A stretch of 63,531 bases of DNA, filler included, from Octopus bimaculoides (Eukaryota): assembly GCF_001194135.2 (NCBI RefSeq). It is 6 parts of 4 records of this genome, joined end to end, with 100 filler letters (N's around TTAATTAATTAA, not from the genome) between each part and the next. Parts side by side here need not be neighbours in the genome. Positions count along the whole stretch, not along the records: positions 36,186 to 53,036 come from NC_068983.1; positions 53,137 to 57,087 come from NC_068984.1; positions 57,188 to 60,646 come from NC_068983.1; positions 60,747 to 63,531 come from NC_068982.1; 2 more parts are not named here. One strand, given 5' to 3'. The position numbers were made by a program, and so were the translations under genes. The stretch's first letter is position 1. Every line of letters begins with the position of its first letter. A model generated the notes under the pieces. The model saw nothing but the letters and a program-made list of their open reading frames with translations, made no database searches and had not been told where the DNA came from. Of this stretch, positions 51,560-63,531 are shown in pieces.

Positions 51560-52270
51560 TATATCCCATCTAGAACGATATGCTTTCTCTATCCAGGAAC
51601 AGAAGATAACTAAATATCTGATTAACCATAGGGATAAAGATACCACTAAATCTCCACGTTGTGATAAAATAAAAAAATGGCGGCTCTGCTATATCTGTGT
51701 AAGATATCGACGACATCACCAGCTTCTCCAAAATGTCGGCGAGATACCACCTGCCCTTGAGGCACGATAACATTGCAAAGACTATTTACAATGCTATCCA
51801 AAAGACGGACTGCACTGACGTATACATCAAAAGCGTGTCAGAACCAGTTGGTGTTCACACCTTTATAAATAAGGGATACTGGTGAAACATCCTTATAAAA
51901 TCATCAATTCGGTGCAAACAGCGAACCTGATATTATTCTGTGGGACAAGGAACAAAAGTCATGCACTGCTGTAGAGCTCTCAGTGATTGTGAATGTACAA
52001 TCAAAAGTCTAGGAAAAGGAGAACTTCTATGGTGAATTAATGTCGAACTTATAGCTCTTGTACTCTGACTATGAATTCTCATCTGTAGCCGTCATCATAG
52101 GTGCATTAGATTATGTACACCAAATTTGCACAAAAATCTAGAAATACCCGGTTTCACAGGAAAAGGACAGAAAAATCTGACGCGGATTCTCCTAATCCAA
52201 TCTATTAGTGGGCACGATGAGGATTTGTAAGACATTCCAAAAATTCTATATGTGAGACTCTTATTTGAAT
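51560..52270 (+). pseudogene. RLE-type non-LTR retrotransposon C-terminus (R4/Dong-like)
   Basis: RYHLPLRHDNIAK, DIILWDKEQK..ELS, KENFYGEL and VIIGAL: CCHC knuckle plus PD-(D/E)xK endonuclease remnants. Confidence 0.7.
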
Positions 52271-52574
52271 AGATGCACACATTTGGGTGTATGCATCAAC
52301 AATTCAACCAATACAGCAACTCAACCACATATTCACAAACACCAGGAACTTTCTCAGCTCTAAAAGTCGTGTTGTTTTGTTAGCGAACGGCTTGAATTCT
52401 CTCAAGAACTTAAATAAAACTCACTGAAAAAACATACATACATACATACATACATACATACATACACATACATACGTACGTACATGTGAGTGTGTGTGTA
52501 TTTATAGATATGTGTGAGTCTATGCATGTACCTATATATATTCACACTTACACACGCACCTATGTGCGTGTGTC

Positions 52575-52940
52575 TATGTTTACGTTTGGTCCTCCCCCAA
52601 CCACATGACGTCCGGTGTTGACTAGTTTACGTCCGCGTAAATTAGCAGTACGGCAAAATAGTCCAAGAGGATAATTACCAAGCTTTCAAAAATAAGTACT
52701 GATGTCGATTCGTTAGGCTAAAACCCTTCTAAGCAGTGCCCCAGCATGGCCGCCGTCCAGTGAAAGAAACAAAATAAAAGATAAAAGATATGCATACAGG
52801 TGCAGGCGTGACTGTATGGTAAGAAGCTTGCATCTCAATCGCATGGTTCCGGCGCGATACCCTGGGCAAGTGTCTATAGCTTCGGCCCGACCAAAGTGGA
52901 GTGGATTTGGTAGACAGAAACTGAAAGAAGATCGTCGTAC
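52575..52940 (+). mobile_element. SINE family A fragments (tail followed by a new head)
   Basis: gtgccccagcatggccgc..aaaagata, then caggcgtgactgtatggtaagaagc. Confidence 0.7.
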
Positions 52941-53164
52941 CTATATATATATATATATATATATATATAGGTTCAAAAAAAGGAAAAAGACAAAAAACAA
53001 CAACGTGAGGACGTGATACAGATTGTGTTACAAGACNNNNNNNNNNNNNNNNNNNNNNNNNNNNNNNNNNNNNNNNNNNNTTAATTAATTAANNNNNNNN
53101 NNNNNNNNNNNNNNNNNNNNNNNNNNNNNNNNNNNNGATAAACAGACATACAAACATATACATA

Positions 53165-53340
53165 TATATATTTACGACGGGCTTCTTTCAGTTTCCGTCT
53201 ACCAAATCCACTCACAAGGCTTTGGTCAGCTCGAGGTTATAGTAGGAGACACATGCCCAAGGTGTCACGCAGTGGGACTGAACCCGGAACCATGTGGTTG
53301 GTAAGTAAGCTACTTACCACACAGCCACTCCTGCGCCTAT
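53165..53340 (-). mobile_element. SINE family A head
   Basis: Reverse complement of 47804-47970. Confidence 0.82.
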
Positions 53341-53844
53341 ATACATAAGGTTTTCTCTTAAAACGTCAGATTATCCGATATACATCTTACCATGTACTTA
53401 TATACACTCAGCAAGATTCTTTTCTTTGGTATACAGGTCATGATATCTTTTCCGTTCGATGGAACAAGTATAGAATCTCATACATAATTATATAAACCTA
53501 TAAATCTTGCAGATTTATAGGTTTCACCGCCTCATCTGCTTTTTACATTTTGGCAGTAATATCAACCATAACGAGCTATGCTTCTGGTTTTTCTTTACTT
53601 TCTTTTTCTTTTTTTCTTCTTTTTTTTAATATTTCCATTGTTTTGAGTACGAATATCTCTACTGTTAAGATAACAGTTTTTACGGAAGGAAAGGAAGTGG
53701 CAATATTTCATATTTCTGGAAAGACGCAGTAGATTCTGGGCAAGGGGCGGAGGGTAAACACATAGGGAAAATGTCATAATTTAAGCTAGAACAACAAAAA
53801 AACGTCATAGGAAAGATTTGAATAGCAGAAATAATTCTTTCTAC

Positions 53845-54035
53845 TATAGGCACGAAGCTTGAAGTTTAGTGAGAGGGGGCTAGTTGATTACATCGATCCC
53901 AAGTACTTGATTGGTAATTATTCTATTGACTGTGAAAGGATGAAAAACAAACTCGGCAAAATTTGAACACTGAGCTGGAAAAAATGCTGCTAAGCGTTTG
54001 TCCGGCGTAGTAACGATTCTGCCAGCTTGTTTCCT
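53845..54035 (-). mobile_element. SINE family B, diverged
   Basis: Reverse-complement match to 46038-46235. Confidence 0.65.
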
Positions 54036-54744
54036 TTGAATACTACAAATATTAGTTAGACTGAATAATTAAGAAGTTCCCTTTGCAGTTGTGATGTGCT
54101 GAGTTTGATCAGACAGCATAGCATCTTTTTCATAGCCTCGCGTCGACCAAGCCTTGAGAGTGAGAAAGGGTAGACAGAAACTTCGAAGACCTTTGTCCTT
54201 GTAATTCAAAGAGCCAGCCTTGTCGCACCGCTTTCAACAGAACTTTCCGGGAAAGATTTGTTAATAACTGTTTTTCTATATCAGTATAAGCTAAATTTGT
54301 CTCGGCATGCGGTTGCTAGCAAATACTTGTTACTAATGACGCTCAAAGAAATCTGGATTTAGCAATTCCACTGTCGCTGCTTGACGCTTTTTATCTGCTA
54401 CGGATATATACATGTGTAACTTTTTAGCCTTATACATCTAAACAAGATACTTTATCGAGACGTATACGGCAGTTTTCTGGCTTTCTACAGAATCTCCACA
54501 TTAAGTGAGGCATACAGAACGATATTTTAAGTCGTTTTATAAACTAACACTAAGGAAATTACACGAATGTAATAAAACATCACATTCTATTCAGTGATTT
54601 AAAACAATGAATTAGCATTAAACCAGTTTCTTGAGGTTTTCTTGTAATTTTATTGTTAGAAAGCGCAGGAGATTTTAATTTGTAAATGCCTTTTGCATTC
54701 CAAACAACTGAGGCCATCGCCTTTCCACTGCATGGATTGTCTCT

Positions 54745-55398
54745 TACTCTTGTTCAAAGTGATGAACCTGACACTTATCCTGGGTTAGGAAACGTTCAAG
54801 GAAACCAGCTGGATCTGCCTCCAATAATGTCAGATTTTCCAGTGATATGATCAGCCTGGTGCACTTTTGATCAGGTGTCAGAAGATGTGGCACCCACCGA
54901 GCAGAAACCTTTGCCATGCCAAGTTCATTGTGCAGAATATTCTCAACTCTCTCACAGAATATGTTAATAGCATTGACCATTTGATTTAGAGTCGATTGCC
55001 TGTCATCCATAACAATGTGGTGAACACGATCTATGTTTTCCTCAGTGGTGGCAGTGTCATGATGTCTAGACCTTGAATGACCTTCAGGAATATCCCTTCC
55101 ACTCCTAAATTCAGCTGCCTACTTTTGCATGGGAGTGTCATCCATTAATGTAGCAAGCATGTCAGCATGGCTGTACTTTTCTGCAGATACTTGATAAACA
55201 CTACGATGCCAAATTTTTTCAAGAGAAGTCGCTACTAGTTACTTTTGAAGTCTTCTTTGAACACTTTGATATCAGTTTACCTGGCAAAAAACAATGCAGT
55301 TATTAATAACAAGAGTTGAAATAATGCATTAAAAATTTCACTGCTATAACATCACTTCTTTATAGTCAGCCTATGAACTTTTTAGCTCACCCTCGTGT
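54745..55398 (-). mobile_element. Mariner 5' half (TIR plus transposase N-terminus)
   Basis: ORF 54744-55010 has SARWVPHLLT and FLTQD..VHHFE. TIR-like acgagggtgagctaaaaagttcatagg. Confidence 0.85.
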
Positions 55399-55401
55399 AT
55401 G

Positions 55402-55453
<52 letters not shown>

Positions 55454-56500
55454 TATNNNNNNNNNNNNNNNNNNNNNNNNNNNNNNNNNNNNNNNNNNNN
55501 NNNNNNNNNNNNNNNNNNNNNNNNNNNNNNNNNNNNNNNNNNNNNNNNNNNNNNNNNNNNNNNNNNNNNNNNNNNNNNNNNNNNNNNNNNNNNNNNNNNN
55601 NNNNNNNNNNNNNNNNNNNNNNNNNNNNNNNNNNNNNNNNNNNNNNNNNNNNNNNNNNNNNNNNNNNNNNNNNNNNNNNNNNNNNNNNNNNNNNNNNNNN
55701 NNNNNNNNNNNNNNNNNNNNNNNNNNNNNNNNNNNNNNNNNNNNNNNNNNNNNNNNNNNNNNNNNNNNNNNNNNNNNNNNNNNNNNNNNNNNNNNNNNNN
55801 NNNNNNNNNNNNNNNNNNNNNNNNNNNNNNNNNNNNNNNNNNNNNNNNNNNNNNNNNNNNNNNNNNNNNNNNNNNNNNNNNNNNNNNNNNNNNNNNNNNN
55901 NNNNNNNNNNNNNNNNNNNNNNNNNNNNNNNNNNNNNNNNNNNNNNNNNNNNNNNNNNNNNNNNNNNNNNNNNNNNNNNNNNNNNNNNNNNNNNNNNNNN
56001 NNNNNNNNNNNNNNNNNNNNNNNNNNNNNNNNNNNNNNNNNNNNNNNNNNNNNNNNNNNNNNNNNNNNNNNNNNNNNNNNNNNNNNNNNNNNNNNNNNNN
56101 TATATATATATATATATATATATATGTACGTATGTATGTATGTATGTATGTATGTATGTGTGTGTATACATGTATATATATGTATGCGTATGTATATATT
56201 TGTGTGTATGTGTATACATGTATGTATAAGTATGTGTGTGCATGCGTGTGCATGTGCAACCATCTGTGTATGTGCATCTGGACACACATATGTACTCATC
56301 TATCTATGCTTTTGTATCCATATATATCTACGTATGGTTATGTATACATTCATAGGCATGTATATTGGAGTGTTTATAACTATTTATATGGTTTTATATA
56401 CTGTTTGTAGGCTTTTTTATGTGTCGTATATTTTTATGTTTAAATTCTTGATTTTTTGATTTTTACTTTATTCTTATTTTATATTTATATTGAATTTTGT

Positions 56501-56635
56501 AAATCTGTGAAGAGGCCTAGTGAATCATGCATGTACCCCTATTACATCATTTTCATCTACTAATTACTCCGGCGTAGAGGAGCTATAGAGATTGAATGGG
56601 GCATGCCAACGCTAGGCCGAAACAGCTGTAAGTTT
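56501..56635 (+). ncRNA. Type I hammerhead motif with a long stem-II insertion; core C3 replaced by G
   Basis: gUGAAGA-GGCCUAG..(~90 nt)..CUAGGCC-GAAAC(AGCU)GUA-AGUUU. Perfect 7-bp stem II and palindromic loop III. Confidence 0.6.
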
Positions 56636-56823
56636 CTGTCCCTTCTTCAATTGCTAAATGTCCTTTATATTAGTAATCTTAATTGTTAATATGACATGGT
56701 ATGTCATAAGTATCTGCATATTGTGGATTTTGTCAATTTAGTTATAAAATAAACACATTAATCAACGGAATACATTGTCTGCAAGTCGATGGATACCGCA
56801 TATTCTCCTCCATTTTCTCAGTG

Positions 56824-56858
<35 letters not shown>

Positions 56859-57052
56859 CATACACATACGCACACACTCACACATATGTATGCATGTATG
56901 TATGTATGTATGTATGTACGCATACACGTATGCATGAATGTATGCATGTGTGAATGAGAACATGTATGGCGTTTATAACTACGAAATAGACAACATTACT
57001 GGAATATATGGTGACCTTGAACACAAGCAAAAAAAATAGGTTATCGGCAAGA

Positions 57053-57087
<35 letters not shown>

Positions 57088-57283
57088 NNNNNNNNNNNNN
57101 NNNNNNNNNNNNNNNNNNNNNNNNNNNNNNNTTAATTAATTAANNNNNNNNNNNNNNNNNNNNNNNNNNNNNNNNNNNNNNNNNNNNATATATATACGCA
57201 CACATTCATATTGGTAACCAGTTACAAACTTACATTTATGTATACATATATATGTACGTAAATACACAAATAAGCAAAACCAT

Positions 57284-57338
<55 letters not shown>

Positions 57339-58019
57339 TGTTGTGATTATACAGGTAGTTGCAAGACAGTGATTCATCACGTACGAGTTTTTGTGCACTT
57401 ATCTGCATGTAGATATTTAACATTTAGTTCACTACGATAGCCCTGTACAAATGAGCCAATTTCTGTGTGTATACATGCATATATATTCGCTTCCGCTTGT
57501 GTGTATGTATACATGTATACATGCATGTAAATGTGTGTGTAAATGTGTGTGTGTATGCGTGTGTGCATGAGTGAATGTGCATATGCATGTGCATGTGTGT
57601 ATCGAGTGCATTAACATCGGCATTAAGCTTCCTACAACGTGTCTGCAACGCAGGAACGATTTCAGCTGTGCTTATTTCACTTATTCTAGTTATGATGTAA
57701 CGAAACTCCTGTACGTTATAACCTCCTACGTCTGTATAGTATGAAAATCATTAGACTTAATCTCTTGCTGATATGATTCTGCTTATCACGAATAGTCAAA
57801 CTAACGTATAAAGGTATTCAATTTCTTATAGATATAGTGATGAATGTATGCATAGACAAAGAAAGATACAAATGGATGAATTTAAGCGATTTAGATTTAA
57901 ACCGAATATCATAAACCAGAACTCAGCATATTAGATATTTTCTCCACCGAGTTACTGAGTTCGAGTTTTCGTTTGCCGCAATTTCAGTGTGTGTCCAATT
58001 TACTTTTTTTTTTTTTTCT

Positions 58020-58185
58020 ATTTAGCTATATCTCATAAGAGATTTAAGAATATCCTGCACAATGAACTTCGCATGACGAAAATCTCTGCTCGGTGGGTGC
58101 CATGTCTTTTGTCACCTGCGCACCAGGTCGATCACATCGCAAGAAAATCTGACACTGAAGCAGATTCAGTTGATTCCTTGAACGC
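58020..58185 (+). pseudogene. Mariner fragment, same family as 54745-55398
   Basis: KNILHNELRMTKISARWVPCLLSP. Confidence 0.75.
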
Positions 58186-58186
58186 T

Positions 58187-58461
58187 TCGTAATCCAAATA
58201 TTTCGGCTGTTTTCGTTACGCTAGCGCCTGCCATACGAGCACCAACAATTTGACCTCTTTGAAAGTCCAATAGATCTGTCATTTAAATGAATTTTAATTA
58301 CCCTTTTGTGATGATATCTGAAAAGAAACTGCAATTTTAGCAAAATATCTTAAGCAACATTATTAATAAATCAAAAAACAAAAATAAACAAGATTTTGAC
58401 GGTTTTGTAGATATTTCAAAACTATAATGCTATGATGTGTTTCCATTATTTTGTCCAACCC

Positions 58462-58466
<5 letters not shown>
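58187..58466 (-). mobile_element. Tc1-like 5' end (TIR plus paired-like HTH start)
   Basis: TIR (ta)caggggttggacaaaataatggaaacac; MTDLLDFQRGQIVGARMAGASVTKTAEIFG. Confidence 0.82.
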
Positions 58467-58540
<74 letters not shown>

Positions 58541-58865
58541 TGTGTGTGTGTAAATCTCAGCAATTTCAAGTTAGTGTTCGGTGCAAAAACAACTGTTGTG
58601 ATTTGCTATTAAAACTTTGTGACTTCCATCATCGTGTTATATTATTTGTATAGTAAACTTATGTATAGAGGATTTTTACCTGTAATTTTGGATTCTTATC
58701 CCTACATGTGTATCCAGCCCTGGAAAGTATTCTGCTATAGAATAACATGCAGTAGCCAAATAATGGCATAGGAACTCTTAAATGAACTTTACGAGGCTTT
58801 TACTCGAATTACTCGTATATCAAATATATATGTATATATATATGCGCACGCTCGTGTGCGTGCGT

Positions 58866-58910
<45 letters not shown>

Positions 58911-58959
58911 CGCGCGCAAAGGGAAATATATAGATACATAATGATTAAAAATGTTAGCA

Positions 58960-59165
58960 CAAGACTCTTCAGAGATAAATTAATTTCAACAGAGATAAAT
59001 TAATTACATTGACCCAGTATCCAACTTGGAATTTTTTTTATCGAGTCCGAAAGGATGAAAGGCAAAGCCGGCCTCACCGGAATTTGAACTTAGAATATGA
59101 AGACGGAAGAAATGTCGCTGAGCATTTCGCGCGGCACTTTAATGATTCTGCCAGCTCACCGCCTT
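58960..59165 (-). mobile_element. SINE family B
   Basis: Reverse-complement match to the family B body. Confidence 0.72.
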
Positions 59166-59594
59166 TACAGCATATGTATGTTACCTTCTTGTGCAAGCCA
59201 ATATTTTTACTGATGTGTTGACCAGTGCGACATCGACTGATCCACTATTAAGCACAATTTGATCTACCTAATGAAGTGCAAGCAATGGTAACAACATACA
59301 CTGCAACTGAAAAACTATATATAAGCAAACTTATGATTTAAAGAAAAGAACGGAAATAATACGTACATAATGTACCAAAATCTCTCAAAGCACAGGAAAG
59401 AAAAACTGTTTGATCTATTGTGTTTTAATTAATTGGGACGAATCTGAATTTTACCAAACAGTGTCTCTATCCACTGAACGCAAATGACACTTCTGCTAGC
59501 ATTTAGAATTATTTTGCTTGCTCAAATCCCTCTCCATACAAATCAAAACGTAATGACGATTATGGAGATTTTTACACAACACAGATGCAAGCAT

Positions 59595-59657
59595 GTTGTT
59601 GCTGTTGTTGCTGTTGCTGTTGTTGTTGTTGTTGTTCTTCTTCTTCTTCTTCTCCTT

Positions 59658-59688
<31 letters not shown>

Positions 59689-59718
59689 TTATTATTATTA
59701 TTATTATTATTATCATCA

Positions 59719-59776
<58 letters not shown>
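59595..59776. repeat. Compound microsatellite (GTT)n-(CTT)n-(ATT)n
   Basis: Directly visible. Confidence 0.95.
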
Positions 59777-60584
59777 GGTATTCATGTCGTTGAATTTTTG
59801 AATTTCTGAATTCATTTGTGTTGTTGCAATAAAAGGAGTGTTTACGTATTTGGGTTTTACATTAAAGTTTTTTACGTTTTCTTGAGATGTTCGTTTGTCT
59901 GTCCAGTTGGAGAATACAGTAGGACTTTTGCAATGAAAAGGATGTTTACATTTTCCAAAGAGAAAAGAAAACAAGTTGCAGATAGTAAAGTTTTAAGATT
60001 TACTAAATATGGTCTCTTATATGACCACACAGAGGGAAATGGTAGTGTTCTTAGCATAACAAGGAGGAGGATGTTGACATTTTCGAATACTCAGGGAGAG
60101 AGGAAAGGATAAGTATTCGCACAGTAGTTGTAGATATTAAAGGTTTTTTTTTTTTTTAATCTGATCGTTTGTGTGTTTCAAAGCTGTAGGTATGTAAGTT
60201 TCCTAACTTATTTTGAGGGAGATTTAAAATATCCATATGAAATTGTAGATAATCCACTTTTGGGGAATAGTAGGAGGAAGAGATGTTCACCTTGTTGGAT
60301 TTTTGAATTTCTAAATTTCTTTCTCTTTTTCTTTTGGAATTTTTCTTTTCTTTTTAAAAGTATTGCTGTGGTTTACAGATTTGTAGTTGTGCAATATTTA
60401 TATATTGGTAAGTGATTACATCGTTAATTTTTTTATCATGCATTTAATTGTGTTGTTACAATAAAAGGCATGTTTACATATTCTGTTAGTCAGGGAATAA
60501 GGGAAAACAAAATGTTCACACAAAATGTTCGTGTCTGTGGATATATTCCTTCTTAGCCAGGACTGGGCAGCCAGAGATAATATG

Positions 60585-60646
<62 letters not shown>

Positions 60647-61434
60647 NNNNNNNNNNNNNNNNNNNNNNNNNNNNNNNNNNNNNNNNNNNNTTAATTAATT
60701 AANNNNNNNNNNNNNNNNNNNNNNNNNNNNNNNNNNNNNNNNNNNNAGAAAATAATAAAATGGACATAACAACAGAATTCAAATGGATAAAATAATTAAA
60801 TAAAGAAAATTTACAATGGTCATAAAATATTGTTATGCATCTCCAATCATATTAATCTAAATATATTTTAATTGAAAATAATCACTGGCCATTTTATTAT
60901 ATAATATCCATGTCTATATAATATGCTAAGAATTTATGGTGGAGTAGGAAATATATTTTTTTTAACTTTCCTTTATACTTTGAAATAAATTAAGGTAATC
61001 GAATAGATTTTTTTAATTCCATAAATGTGTATGTGTATACAAGTTCGAAAGAACATAATATGATTATGCAAGCAAAATATAGAGTCTAGAAGATATATTC
61101 ATATAAGCATAATTATTGGAAAAGATATATAATTATATATAATAATTTATATATATATATATTTGTAATTTTATCAGTTTCAGGTCAAATCTGTGGCCAT
61201 GCTAGGGCACCACCCTTTTGCTACACTGTTGTTATTGAGAGCCTCCTCTAATATGTGGCATGTGGTAAATAAGGGAGTTTGTTGTCGCTACCCTCATTTG
61301 CACCTGTTGCCAGGATGCATGTTCATCTGGTACTCTCGACAGGAAGAGATTGAGTTTTCATTTGAAAACACCTATCTACACTTTGCGTAGGTCCCACAGG
61401 CTCTTTGGGAGAATATTAAAAGTCTGTAGGGCCA

Positions 61435-61518
61435 TATTGAATATATATACTTTCATACATAGTATTGAATATATATACTTTCATACATAGTATTGAATAT
61501 ATATACTTACATACATAC
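61435..61518. repeat. 28-bp tandem repeat, 3 copies
   Basis: tattgaatatatatactttcatacatag. Confidence 0.85.
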
Positions 61519-63531
61519 ACACATACATATGCACACACATATATATGGTCAGTGGCAGGCTGTTAGCGAATACTAATATATTTTGGAGAACATGTCAAAT
61601 TTGCAAATATATCAACAAATATATCAATGGTAGCTAAGTTACCATTAATTATTTTAATGCTTAAGTAGCAAAATCTATTTCTTTGCTACAAATTCATGTA
61701 AGTATAAACGAAATCTAACTTCTGATATTCTTTTTTCAAAATAAAGTAATCAACTATAGCCGTTCACTGATCATAAAGAGGATGTAGGGTATTACATTTC
61801 TTTACTGGATGTCAATATTATTCATTCGTTGTAAGAGCTAACAATAGGCTAATGTTGGTGGCTAAAATTAAATGATTTATGTCTATAAAAATTATCACAT
61901 TGACGAAATTCCTCCCCCTTTTCCTTTTTCGTTTCTATTCCTTTCCCTTCTCTTCCTTTTGCTTTCTTTTCCTCTGGCATTGGTTTGTTTCGGATCGGCA
62001 GAATATAGCTTCTGGTATATGTGTATGAAATTATTGTACTTTTTCAAGATTTAAAATCCATTAACTCTGTTTTCTCATTAAATTTCTAAATTTCGACCAT
62101 ATAAATAATTAACAATATAAATGTACTAATATAGACAACAATAAATGATTTTCGAGATTATGTACATTGTATATGAAAAGCAGCTTTTGCTAGAATTGGT
62201 TGTGGATGGCATTTTGAAATATAGTGAGAAAAGTGCAAGGAATAAATTTACTTACTTGAAATTTTGCCATAATTATAACTGATTTGGAGGACATTGGTCA
62301 ATGATGGTTGTATATTATGCAAGCAGTTAATAGACTCAACACAAATGCACATCAGCATATAGGCTTCGATTTTACACTTAATGGTATAAAGGTAAATGTC
62401 AAAACTAGTTTATTCGTCATAAGATATAACTGAACATTATATAACAGATTTACGAAGACATGAGATAGCAGAAGTTAACACATTAGTTTACGAAACACTA
62501 AGGATGATGATGAGGATTGTGTAAAAGTAATCATTCATACATACGAAGCAATTTCTGGAAGATATGAATGAATACATCTCTAGGTAATGCAAATATGATT
62601 TTAGCTGAATGCACATGCCCGCGAGCGCACAACCTTATGTGACCAACAATAAAACCTGACATTCAAAATCAAAATTAAATTAGTAAGTTATACACATGCA
62701 CACATCTGCACACATCTGCACGCACACACACACACACACATTCACACATGTATATATGTCTATGTATGTATAGACGTATGCATATATGTCTGTTATTTTC
62801 CATATATATGAGAAATACATAATTTCTTGAAACTTAATGTGTAATCTTTCTGGGAAAATGAATTGATCGCAGTACTAACATTAATACAGATGCATTTATT
62901 AACACTGCAGTAATAATAATACCTAAAATCACATGCCGGAAATATAACTCAGTTTATGCGCTTACTTATAAAATGACATCAAATATATATTTAGATCTTT
63001 CTGACACCGATTTATTTTTTAATTATCTACGCCATTTCACGCTTTTTACTTCATCTATAGAATTGTGTTCGTTCTCTTACCTAGTTTTCGCAAACACGCA
63101 AGCTATCCGACACGAGAACACATTGTTCTGCATAAATATCAAGAATATTAACATTAATTCTTTCAAATTACAAATTACCGTGATAGAGACACACGACACA
63201 TTTGATAATGCCCTCGGTGAACTCCATCGGAAACGGACATTACCTATCTGTTCTATCTGGACTGAAGAGAGATTCAAGTCATTCTCATCTAATTTATTTG
63301 CAAACAATTTGTATTCAACAACATTTTCACATCCTTTTCTACCAACCTACCTCCTGCTCTCTCTCTCTGTCTCTCTCTCTCTCTCACTCACTTTCTATGT
63401 ATGTATACACACATATATGCGAATGTGTGTGCATATGTAGTTGTGTAGATGAGTGTCTTTGTGTATATATCTATATCCATCTCTCTCTCTCCCTCTCTCT
63501 CTCTCCCTCTCTCTCTCTCCCTCTCTCTCTC

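Noticed and set aside
61435-61518. Short direct repeats as a CRISPR-like array
   Set aside because: The units are contiguous with no spacers; this is an ordinary eukaryotic minisatellite.
62973-63440. 155-aa ORF
   Set aside because: No recognisable motif, AT-rich composition, and it runs into microsatellite.

Overview
This is an AT-rich, repeat-dense eukaryotic scaffold with N-gaps. It is most likely octopus, inferred from the SINE, RTE and mariner content and the (TA)/(CA) microsatellite load. Bases ~1.4-27.3 kb hold a minus-strand FAM193A-like gene. I traced 16 phase-consistent GT-AG coding exons (4,211 nt, ~1,400 aa) ending at a stop at 1467-1469; the N-terminal exons were not found. A CpG-rich putative promoter lies at ~36.3-36.8 kb. 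The rest is intronic or intergenic and full of transposon relics: tRNA-derived SINEs, RTE/CR1/Tx1/RLE-type LINEs, mariner/Tc1, a Merlin-like transposase and a piggyBac-like MITE. The most notable non-coding signal is four minimal type I hammerhead-ribozyme motifs in apparently unrelated Penelope/retrozyme-like repeats. The one at 7895-7943 has a fully canonical core. Hammerheads in Penelope-like elements are a known class; whether these octopus families are described needs a database search. Most short ORFs in the supplied track are microsatellite, gap or repeat artefacts. Repeat boundaries are approximate (read by eye).
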